A stretch of DNA of 55,727 bases, filler included, from Diploschistes diacapsis (Eukaryota), in the NCBI GenBank assembly GCA_023645945.1. It is 5 parts of 5 records of this genome, joined end to end, with 100 filler letters (N's around TTAATTAATTAA, not from the genome) between each part and the next. Parts side by side here need not be neighbours in the genome. Positions count along the whole stretch, not along the records: positions 33,564 to 44,599 come from JALAIB010000863.1; positions 44,700 to 55,727 come from JALAIB010000864.1; 3 more parts are not named here. One strand, written 5' to 3'. Each line of letters begins with the position of its first letter. Within the stretch, counting starts at the first letter, position 1. This document shows, piece after piece, positions 38,528 through 49,000 of this stretch. A program made the translations under genes and the position numbers. The notes under the pieces were generated by a model that made no database searches, had not been told where the DNA came from, and worked only from the letters and a program-made list of their open reading frames with translations.

Positions 38528-39935
38528 ATGGCTGCTACCAGAGAACGTGCCGGTCGGCCAACACAAGTTCATGGAGTCACCGCGGATGAGCGTGCATACG
38601 ATGCTGCAGGACAGCGTTTACCATGGGGGTACAAATGGCCAGAGTGCGTACAGTGACCGGCAAGCACACCGTGACCTGACTGACTCTCTCGAAAGCGATC
38701 ACCCTAATGCACGCCTTCAAAAATCACAGCCTGAAGAGAAGGGAGCGTTTGGGAAGTCCAGCAGGCGATTCGGCTCTTCACGCGCCACACGAACACAAAC
38801 GCCAGCAAAGAAGGAGAACCCGACGATTGACGGTTTTGAGGCCGCTCTGAAGTTTGATGCTACAAGGAAAGGAGACGAAGATCCGTCGTCGCGCCCGCAG
38901 CAGGCCTCGGATACAACACAGCAGCCCCCCGCCTCAGCCTCAAAGGAGCCTCTGCAAGTCATGCTTTTCGGCTTCTCCCCAGAAACCCAATGGGCGGCCA
39001 TCGACTTCTACGAGCGCGTTTCCGGAGGCATAATCTGCGAAGACTACTCGCGCGACCCACCAGCCGAGCGGCGGCGATACCAGGGCTACTCGTCCAACGG
39101 CAGCATCCCGCGGCGCGCCCTTGCGAGCGCCGAGCTCGCCCTGTCCAGCCAATACCACGGCGGCGCCTGCTGGATCGCGGTGACCTTCGACTCGCACGAG
39201 TCCGGCGAACGCGCCGTCAACAGCTCTCCACACCTTCTGCAGGGGCACTGGGTGTACGCCGAGCCCTACCGCGGCGCCGGGCCGACCGATGACGCGCCCA
39301 TCCCCGGCCGCGAGGAGGACCGGCAAGCTAACCAGCTTGGACCTCCGTGCCCGCCCCAGAAATCCGCCACCCTGGGAACGCACTCCGGCCTGCGCCGTGA
39401 CGAATCGCCAGTAACACGCGCGAGCACTCTGCCCCGCAACTACGCCTCGCCCGCCGCGCAAACCCTGCAGGGCCACGCCGACAGCAGCGGCTCGCAGACC
39501 TCGACAACCGCTTCGTCCGCCACCGCCCTCGCATTCTCCTCCGCTTCTCCCTCCACCTCCACCACCACCTCCTCCTCGACCCTCCGGCAGCGCAACGCCA
39601 ACCCCCGAGACCCATCGTCCTCCTCGCAAGAACCCTCCAAGGCCGTCGCGCCGCGAACCAACTTCATGCACTTCCCCAACGTGCCGCGCTCGACGATCAA
39701 GCCCGCGGCCGAGGCGCTGCTGCCGCAGCCGAGCTGGTGGGAGGGGTTCGTCAAGGGCCTGACGGCGCGGGGCTGGATTCCGGGGGACATGATCGGGTCG
39801 AGCGTGCCGCGGCGGGAGGACGGCGGGTTCGATTGGGAGAGGGCGAGCGTTTACTGGAGGGTGGCGGCTTGGCTGGACGGGGTGCTGGGGACGGATCTCT
39901 GCGGTTTGCGGGAGGAGGTGGTGGTTACGGGGTGA
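38528..39935 (+). CDS. Nucleoporin Nup53/Nup35-like protein (RRM-type domain)
   Basis: Exon 38528-38643, intron GTGCGT..CTGAC..AAG, exon 38696-39935. EPLQVMLFGFS..QWAAIDFYERVSGGIICEDY..GGACWIAVTFDS..A.RAV..SPHLLQGHWVYAEPY, with an amphipathic-looking C-terminus (SVYWRVAAWLD). Confidence 0.75.
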
Positions 39936-40385
39936 AAGCGCAGGATGTGAGGAGATGGGGGGTGATGGTGTGATGGGATGAGAGAAGAGCGAGGGTGAAA
40001 AAATTGGGGGAAAGTGGGTTTGAGATACCTTGTGTTGTGGCAGGGACTGGTAAAAGACTACTGGCGAGAGTTGTGCATTGCCTTGGGCTTCTTGATTTTG
40101 GGACTGGGGTCGCTATGGGAAAGCTGCCGGTGCGAAGCTGGGCGGGAGTGGCGAGGGAGGGAGGGTGTGCGAAGATTGAGGTACGTATATGCGAGTTTGT
40201 GCAGAGAGCATTATAATGAAAATCTCCAAACATCCCATATACTTTGCCATGCTTATCACCATGTCCCTCGTAAACTTCGTAATCCGCTAATGCCCATGCC
40301 CCAAACTTCTAGCCTGAAGAGAGAATCAAAAGCACGCCGGCAGAGCACGCCATGCAACCAAAGACCCAAAGCAAAGCCAGACCAT

Positions 40386-41058
40386 CTAATGCTCGTCCGC
40401 ATGCGCGTACCGGCCCACCAATATCTCGCCCACGAAGATCCCCGCGAGCACGGAGAGGAAGTACCCGACGTTCAGCGTCATCACGGCCAGCATGCTGCAA
40501 CACACAGTCAGCCTCGGTCGATCTCCCAACTCCACTCCCTCGTTCCCAGCTACTCAAGTCAGACAGAAGATGAAAGAAGCAAACTCACAGCAGATATCCC
40601 ACTCCACTCGACACCGTCCGTAGCACCGCTCTTGGCCCATCAACACTGAGCCTCCACGGCATAACCGCCCTCTTCTCCCTCTTCACAACCTTCACGCGCT
40701 CCTCCACACCTCTCTCGCTGACCAGCACCATCCTCTTCGCACTCTCGTCGCTGTCAACCTCCTCTGCAGCCGACGGACGGCCACTCTGGACGACGACGTA
40801 CCGTCTCTGCCGCTCACGGTCGGCCCATCGCTTTTCTGTTACGTACGCGAACGCACCGAGGGCGCGGTGAGAGATGGCGAGGAGTATCAAAAGGATACAG
40901 GTTCCTGCATAGGCGCCGGTCGAGGTGGGAGTCCACGTTGAGGAATAGAGGGGAGTAGAGGTGGAAGAGTAGAAGATCATGTTCATGCCGGTAGAGGACA
41001 TGGGCATGGACCTCGAGGTGGGCATGGACATGCTGGCGGTCGAGGAAGCGGAGGACAT
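40386..41058 (-). CDS. Ctr-family copper transporter
   Basis: Exons 41058-40589 and 40494-40386. Met-rich N-terminus (MSMP..MPM..MNMIF), TPLYS..WTP..YAGTCI, GYLLMLAVMT (MxxxM), then a GxxxG motif. Confidence 0.92.
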
Positions 41059-41883
41059 ATCAATCTTGGATACTGGTATCAATGCTCGATAGAGATATCA
41101 AGAAGCGAATTGTTGCGAGGACCAAGATGTGCTGCTTCGATGGACCACCTGGCAAAACTTGAAACTGGTGAGCCTCGGTGGAGAAGCGGTAACGGCCTGA
41201 CCCAGAGGTTGTTTGATAGAAGATGTTCTGTCTTAGGGTCGCGGCAACGGTCGGGGTTTATGTGAGTCGGCGGCTCTCAAGCACGGGTTATCACTGCAAC
41301 TTGTCCAAGCAGCAGAGTTGAGCTTGTTTGCGCTGCTTCAAGGCGGGACCTGTCAGACGAGGAGCTTCAATCTCCAATCTCGGCTGTACCAGTCACACAA
41401 TGCTTCCCGGACGGATCAGAGCTAGACAACGAGTGGCAAGAACAGAATCAGAGCCTTGGGCCGTATAAAGAGCGCATGGCAATAAAGTCATACAAAGCGC
41501 TTTAGGAATTGTGAAGGTTGTCAACAGTGTCAAACCCCTCTAACTTGCTCAATGTCGCGCAGTGCACCGGAATAAGGTTGTCCCGGAAGTTCCTTGGTCC
41601 TTCCCGCTTTGTTCTTTTTTTACTGCAAAGAAAGGTACATCCTGAGCCTGGAACGCTGAGCTTAAGACCGGATAATACCATAGGAAAAACGTTGGAAACG
41701 TCTCAGTAGACTTGCGATTCCATTCCCATGCAACGGCACTTGATGCAAAGTTCTGTTGCTAATAGCGTCGAAGAAGACCATTTTGGTAGTGCAGAAGTTC
41801 ATCAACGTTGGAGGATGGCTTCTTAGGCTACTTCCTCCGATCCAAGGCCGGCGGTGCGATAGAGGCTAGCTGCTACCTTATCC

Positions 41884-42372
41884 TCATTTTGGCGCATCAT
41901 GGATGACGATCAGGAGGTATTTCGCGTCTGTAGACCAGCCTCAGCAATCGCGTGCCTCCAGCACTGCATCGAGCTATACTTACCAGGCACAATAACAAGC
42001 TCATTCTTTTTCGTCCTTAGTCGCAGGAGCTGTACATCATCACCCTCCTCCAAGCCACTGGCCAGAGCGCCAGCTGCATTGACAAAAGAAAACGCCATCT
42101 TCGCAACCTCTTCCGCTGTCTTTTGCTTCTTGTCATGCTCGTCTCTGTAACTGTCTGCGCTCGGATCTGCAGAGCTCTTCTGCGACTCGAGGATTAGGCC
42201 AGTGCTGCGGATGATAACCCCGTCGGTCTTGGAGAGAATGAGCGTAGATCTGACGCCGGGTTTGGTAGACAGGCGATTGAGTGTCTCATCCAAGGCAGAG
42301 CTCTAGGGAATTATTAGGCGATCATGAGGTGATATCTTAAGCACGGTGACCACCTACCGCATTGTGGGCCAT
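41884..42372 (-). CDS. Dynein light chain, roadblock/LC7 type
   Basis: Exons 42372-42358, 42302-41984, 41927-41884. LDETLNRLSTKPGVRSTLIL..G.IIRSTG, DDVQLLRLRTKKNELVIVPDAKYLLIVIHD. Confidence 0.88.
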
Positions 42373-42948
42373 ATCTACGCCTAATTTAGATTAGTAATTA
42401 TGTGACTTTGTCTTTCCGTGTACATTTCAAGCTTTGGCAAGCCGACAGCATCTTTCTGGATATGCAAAGAATACCTGGGAGTATCTCTCTCTGTGGAGTT
42501 ACTAAGTTACTCTAGGCTAGCCAGTTTTGTTTTCAGTAAGCAAAATGCCAAGCCTGCCAAGATCTTATGCTCAACCCTACGTTCCAGGGAATATTCAATT
42601 GCAAATCCCCCTGTTCAGATACATAGATAGAACTTCAATTAGACCATTCTCCTATTACCAATATGTAAGATTGTGAAATCTGCGCTCAAATGCGGTTTAC
42701 AGGGTACACCAGTTCCAACCAAATTCCAGGTAAGGCCGAGCTTGAGTACTATTCGCCGCAAGCGTAGAGCATAGACAAACGTCTGCTTCTGAAGCTTCCA
42801 AAAATGGTCCTTCACACCCGTCCATACCTTCTTTGGCTCTTGCCGCCTAGCTCTGTGCCCCGTGCCACCGTCCTCTCAGTCAGGCCCACCTCACTCTTCT
42901 ATCCATATCCTATCTATCGCGGATCCTTCTTTCCCAACCATCTGCTGC

Positions 42949-43761
42949 TTAATGCGCCGCCGACTTTACCTTTGCTGCCCCATCCTTGACCGTATCGCTA
43001 GCCGCCTTTGCTAAGTTTGCCCCCTCCTGTTTCATAGCTTCCGCCGTGCTCTCACCCGTCAAGCTCTGGTTATACATGGTGATCCGCGACACTTGCACGA
43101 GGCCGACACAGCCGAGGAAGAAATTGACCGTTGCTAAGCTGTTACCCCTTGACTTTAGTGTTCGCTTCCTCAGTAGAAAAGAGGGTGATAGATGTAGGAA
43201 TGGTTATGGAAAAGGTCCGAAATGGAGATGGGAAGGGAAAATAGTCTGTTTTTGGAACGGAAAAGGAAACGTACAGAATATTCCTAGGTTTGATAATCAA
43301 GCACCACCTCGTCCAAATCGCGCCCGTCGCCATCAGGGCCACATTTTGAGTGAGGGAGAGTTTTTCCGCTGGGCGCGCAAAGTCGGAAATGCCCGCTAGC
43401 ACGAGACCCCACTGTCGACACCGTCCATTAGCACCTCTGTCCCTATATCCCCGTAGGCAACAGAAACCAAGGGAGAATGCACCTTCATAACAGGCGCCCT
43501 AGATCTTGTATTAGTCTGTATCATCTCAGGTCACAATAAAACTGAGAGAGGACGGGAAGCCGAGGGAGCTTACCAAAAGTGCACAGTCTTCGGCCCGACC
43601 GGGCTATTCCAGAACCTCGCGAATGCACCCTCTGAGGCCGTCGCGGTAGCGGAGTCTGTGCTCTGCCATCGCCGACCTGCTTGCCGCCGGATCTGTTGTT
43701 GCTGTGGACGGAAAGCGAGGCGGGAAGTGTGAAGGAAGCGGAGGCCGGCGCGGGAGGACAT
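42949..43761 (-). CDS. MPC2: Mitochondrial pyruvate carrier subunit 2-like
   Basis: Exons 43761-43574, 43498-43483 (16-nt microexon), 43411-43275, 43138-42949. FWNSPVGPKTVHFWAPVMKWGLVLAGISDFARPAEKLS..ATGAIWTRWCLIIKPRNILLATVNFF. Confidence 0.92.
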
Positions 43762-44154
43762 TATGGTTGCGATTGCGGTTTCAAGGAGGGATTGCGTTGG
43801 TGCGAGGGGAGAATTAAGCAAAGATAGCGATGACGAGGCTGCGGTCAAGCTGAAGATGAGGTGGAGAGGGTAGGTAGGGTGAGGATCGTTGAAGCTGAAG
43901 GTTGAGGCTCTCCCGATGTCGCTCGGGTAGATTGACCCAGACCGCACGAGCGGATTTATCGGATATAAGGCCGAGAGGCACAACTTGTTTATACAGGGTT
44001 ATGCTCTCAACATCGAGCTTTAGCCCACCTGACATTCCTCCCCTCGAACCTCACTTGCCAGCTCCCAGAACCACTCCTACGCAAACAAGACCCCCCCAAA
44101 AGCGCAGTCCCTCACTCCTCCGCTCCTCACCACCACCCATCTCCCACAAAAGCG

Positions 44155-44160
<6 letters not shown>

Positions 44161-44198
<38 letters not shown>
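44161..44198. repeat. (CT)n microsatellite upstream of NDUFA2
   Basis: Perfect CT run of about 19 units. Confidence 0.95.
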
Positions 44199-44203
<5 letters not shown>

Positions 44204-44248
44204 CATCCTCCCCCCCCCTTCCCCAAACAAAGGGCACACACCACCACC

Positions 44249-44359
44249 ATGGCCTCCAAATACGGCTTCACCAAATCCCTCCGCGAAGTGCGCTTCCTCT
44301 TCTGCCAGACCTCGGACCACAGCGCCGCTACACGGTATGCCTCTCCCCCTTCCTCCTCC

Positions 44360-44407
<48 letters not shown>

Positions 44408-44599
44408 CTAATCACCTCCCAAACAGCGCCTTCCTGAACCGCGCCTACCCGACGCTAAAAAAACACAACCCGCATATCCCCATCATGATCCGCGAGGCGG
44501 CGGGCACGGAGCCGCGCGTGTACGCGCGGTACGAGGCCGGGCGGGAGAAGGCGGAGGACTTGAAGGGGCTGGACGAGAAAGGGGTGGAGGGGGTGGTGG
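44249..44599 (+). CDS. NDUFA2: Complex I accessory subunit NDUFA2/B8 (10.5 kDa), 3' partial
   Basis: Exons 44249-44334 and 44427-44599 (cut by the contig end). MASKYGFTKSLREVRFLFCQTSDHSAATRAFLNRAYPTLKKHNPHIPIMIREAAGTEPRVYARYE. Confidence 0.9.
44363..44402. repeat. (TC)n microsatellite inside the NDUFA2 intron
   Basis: Perfect TC run of about 20 units in intron 44335-44426. Confidence 0.95.
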
Positions 44600-44699
44600 N
44601 NNNNNNNNNNNNNNNNNNNNNNNNNNNNNNNNNNNNNNNNNNNTTAATTAATTAANNNNNNNNNNNNNNNNNNNNNNNNNNNNNNNNNNNNNNNNNNNN
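44600..44699. other. Artificial contig-joining spacer
   Basis: N-TTAATTAATTAA-N, 100 bp. Confidence 0.98.
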
Positions 44700-45460
44700 T
44701 CACCACCCCCTTCGTAAAGCAACTATTAACCACCACCCTGTCCGCCCCCGACATACTCCACCCCTCCAACCAATCAAATGGCACCCGCCAGCACCTCCTC
44801 CACCACCTCGCCCTGCCCTGCACAAGCATCAGGTCCGGAAAATGACAGTAGAACAATATCCGCACGTCGGGAAAGAGGTGGCGCATCAGCGGCACGCCGG
44901 CGGACAGCTGGTCGACGAAAAAGGCATCGGGCTGGAGGGATTGCAGTTCGCGGGAGAACTTGGCGATGGCCAGGAGGAGATAGAGGTGGCGCAGGATGGT
45001 GAGGAGGATTTTGAAGCGCGAGAAGAGGGTAGGGGGGAGGAGCGGGGAGCAGCGGACGCGGACGTCGAGGGTTCCTGTAAGCGAGAGAGAGAGAGAGAGG
45101 AAGCCGTTAGCTCGAGACTGATTGTTTGATTGCTTGCTTGCTTGTTTGTTTGTCCGGTACATAGCCCGCTGGAGAGAGGTGAGGAGTGGGGGAGGGAAGA
45201 GGAGGGGGAAAGTATGTGAGCGCAGCTCCAAACACCCAGGACGGCAAAACGCAGATCCACATACCATCCCTCGCCTCATCAAAGCAATGCCCAACATCCC
45301 TGTGCGACGTATAGATAGTAACCGTGTGCCCCAGCTTCTGCAGCGCGACGGCCGCGTCGACGACCAGGCGCTCGGCGCCGCCGATGCCGAGGTCTGGGTG
45401 AAAGAAGATGATGTTCTTCTTTTTCTTCCTTTGGTTGTGTTTTGGGGATTGGGCCGACAT
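44700..45460 (-). CDS. ALG2: Alpha-1,3/1,6-mannosyltransferase Alg2, 3' partial
   Basis: Exons 45460-45265 and 45074-44700 (truncated). [55 protein letters not shown]. Confidence 0.93.
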
Positions 45461-46090
45461 TACTCGTGTAGTGTAGTGTGACAGCTTACATGTCTGGTAG
45501 ATAGGGGTGAGTAACTCGCAGCGTTGAATAGAAGGAAGGTGCCTTCTTCGACTTGTGGAGTTCAACGGCCTGTAAGGCCCGAGAACTATCCCATCCTGTG
45601 TGTGTGTGTTGTATTACGGGAGGATTAAGAATTGACAACCTCCTCTAGAGTCTTAGGGCCCCCCGAGAAACTATCTCATATGTTCATTTGGTTTAATTAT
45701 GCTATGTACCACGATGCACACCGCATCAGCCTGTCTATCTGCCATCTCCGGGATACCAATATGTAAGTGGTCCCCGTCTTCTGGGAAGGAGAGAGAAAGC
45801 ATGTGCCATCTTCTCATCTGGGGCTCATCAACTCGTGTTTCCCGCGTCATATCTACCCTGTAAATAGATCTAGCTCTTTCACGACTCGTAGCAATCCCAC
45901 TTCCGAAGCGCTCGCCTGTTGGCCGATTTCACCTAAGCACGGAAAAATTGCCAGAAGCGCCAGTATGATTTCAAAAATCTCGCCCAGAAGCAAATGCTCC
46001 AAAGGGTATCGTGTTTTGTTTAACAAAGCCATGCAGACAAGGCAGGCCAACGCTGGTAAGCACCAATGACTCCGTAGGCCATGACATTCA

Positions 46091-49000
46091 TCAGAAACAG
46101 TTCAACGCATTCTTCCTCTTTTTCTTGCTCAGTGCCGCCATCCTCTCTTCCAGATGCGCCCTTGCAGCTTCTGCCTCCCGCTGCTTGATTTTCGCTTCTT
46201 CAACAGCCTGCAGGGACTGTCTATTAACTTGGCGCTCTTTGCGAAGCTTGGTGAGTTCATCCTCATGGTCCCATGCCTTTTGCTTCCAGACATCTGCCTC
46301 CTTCTTGCTACTGTTGACCTGGGTCTCAAGATCCGAGAGCGCGTCCTCCAGGGTCTGGGTAAGCTGCTTTTCAGCCTTGAGGTGCTTCTCCATCTGCTTA
46401 ATCTTGACATCTCGCTCTTCTAAAAGCTGAGCCTGTACCGAGTTTCTTTGGGTACCGCTGCCGGGAGAGGTCCTTCCCTCCCTGGAGCTCGTGGGAATGG
46501 GTGGCAAGGGCATGTTGGGCGGAGGAGAAGGCAAAGCTGTAACATGGCTGGGTTTTCGGAAGGAATTCATGGAACTTGTGCGCTCGCCATTCAAAAGCAT
46601 CGGGCTTGCCCGCCCCTGAGATCCCTGGAGGGTGTCAGGTTCTGGATTGTGGAAGCGGCCCGGTTGGCTTACCTCAAGTTGCTCGATGCGATTACGGAGC
46701 GCCGAAGCTTCCTCTTGAGCCTTTGTCGTTGCTGCACGGGCTTCGGCGAGTTCCTGATCGCGAACGCTCTGCAGCTGTGACATCCGGTTGGTGTGAGTAC
46801 GGCCTTCATCAAACTGGCTGTTGAGCTGATCTTCGAGCTGTTCCCGGATGCGGCTGGCGCGCTGTTCCTTCTCGCGAACTTCTGCAAGCTCGTTGCTAAG
46901 CTCCGACTTGGCCCACTGCAACTCTTCGACACGCGACTGGACAGCGGCAAGATTTTGTTCGGCACGCGTCTGAGCGTCTTCAGCAAGCTCAAGTCTGGCC
47001 TTTGCCTCTTTCAAATCATTAGTGGCCGCACTTGCCGACCGGCTGTGGTTTTTGCTCTGTTCTTCCAAGGTACTGATAGCAGCGGCTCGTTCCTCATACT
47101 TCCGGACGTGGTCCTCAAGCATCGACTGACGATCTCGTAACTGCTTCTCGAGGTCTTTGATGTTCTTCTGGAGCCTACTGGTCTCCTCTCTGTGGCGAGC
47201 GGCGAGGTCGGCAACAAGCATTTCCTGCTCGGTTAGAGTATGCTTGCGAACAGACTCACGCCTCGCTTCAACGTCGGCAGCATGTGCATCGTGGAGGCGG
47301 ATCAAGCCGTGTTTGTGGAACTCTACGGAAGCTTGGTGTTCTGCAAGTTCCTTTTGCAAGACCACAATCTGATCGCGATGGTCATCCAACGCCCTCATTG
47401 TGGTCTCTTTGAACTGATTGCCTGCCACGATGTCTTCCCGAGCGCGAGCGTGTGCCTTTTCTAGCTCAGCGAGCTTAGTCGCTTGTGTACCAATGATCTG
47501 CTTCCGCTTCTCGAGTTCTTTGTTCAAGGAGCGCATGGCCTCACCATGCTTCTCTCGCTCAAGCTCAAATGCAGCGGCTGCCGCGGACGTACTGTTGGCA
47601 AGGCTCTCGTACTCAGCACTCTTCGTCTGCCGTAGAGCATCTACGCTTGTCAAAGTTTCTTCGAGCTCTGATATCGTTGCGAGGAGGCGCCTTTCGGTCG
47701 ACTGCATGGACTCTGCGAGGATCTGATGCTTGTCTTCCCAGTGCGCAATCTGGGCTTGCAGTTCCGTCACTTGAGTGTCCTGTGCTTCGGAGCCTGGTCC
47801 CAAGAATCTATCGATACCATTTTCGGCAGGGGTCTCTGGTAGAGCCCCGGGCATCGAAGCGACCATCGCATCTGTGTCTGGACCAGGTGCGGAAACTGTC
47901 TCCTTGAGCGAGGCAATTTCTCTGAGCAGCTCCCGTTCTCGGGCTGCAGAACTATCACGCAGCGATTTCAGTTCATGCTCCGTCTGAAGCATTTGATCGC
48001 GCATAGAAGACATCATTGACATCTCTACGGGCGAAGACGCCGTCAAACTTGACCGTTCGCGTGTCAAGCCGGCGATGATTGACATCTTCGTCTCCATCTC
48101 CTTCCTTGCAGCAGCGACTTCGGACTCTAGCGCTTGGATCTTTTCATTACGTTGATGAAGCTCGCGCATCAGATTGCTCAAATTGATCTCAAAGTTGTCC
48201 TTGACGTCCGGGTTGTCTGAGAAGTTTTCTGCAGCAATGTTTTCCAAGGAAGCGAAAGATCGATTGGTTCGGTCGTCATATATCAGATGTTGGCTGGATT
48301 TCCTCCTAATCAAATTTGGGGAAGGGGCCCCGGAGAGTCTCGACTTTTGAACCTCTGCCTTGAGCTCTTCGACGAGGTCCAAGGTATCTTGGTGTTCTTC
48401 GTGAAGGTCTTCGTATCTTCGTTGCAGCGATTCATAATCTTGGTCAACAAGCAGGTGTCGAATCTCCAATCCTCCCTCGGCTCGTTCCTCGGCAGCATTG
48501 CCCATGTCTTTAATACGAACAGCTTTGGGGTGATCAAGAGATATTTCTCGAGGGGTCGATGGAGTTCCGTCCAAAGAAGTCCCAGAGCCCCTCGAGCCCA
48601 TTGAATCTTGCGTATGCCCAGCCGATGAGAGCTCCGAGGACAGCGAACGTGACAAAGCATGTTTGCCATCTGGATGCCGGGTTTCGTTGGCCTCGGATTC
48701 CGGTAAAAAAGAGATCGGCGAGGGAGGAGCGCGGCGGGATTCTTCGACGGCATCTTGCAATGCCGCAAGGGTACGAAGAGCTTCCTCGTATTTGGCTGAT
48801 AGCAGATCGTAACCCCCCAACACCGAGTCGTGCTCAGCAGGAAGGTCAAGAAGCTCTTGATTAACAACTTCCAGCTTTTCCTGAAGGAAATTTGACTGGG
48901 CCAAGCCATGCGAAACGGTATTGGAGATCTGCTCGGACGTTGATCGACCGTCGACTTCCTGCTCCTCGATACATTCCTCGTCCAAGGTTGGTAGGGGAGT

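Noticed and set aside
41059..41700. Mac1-type copper-response elements upstream of the CTR gene
   Set aside because: Only partial GCTC(A/G) cores seen; no exact TTTGC(T/G)C(A/G) pair.
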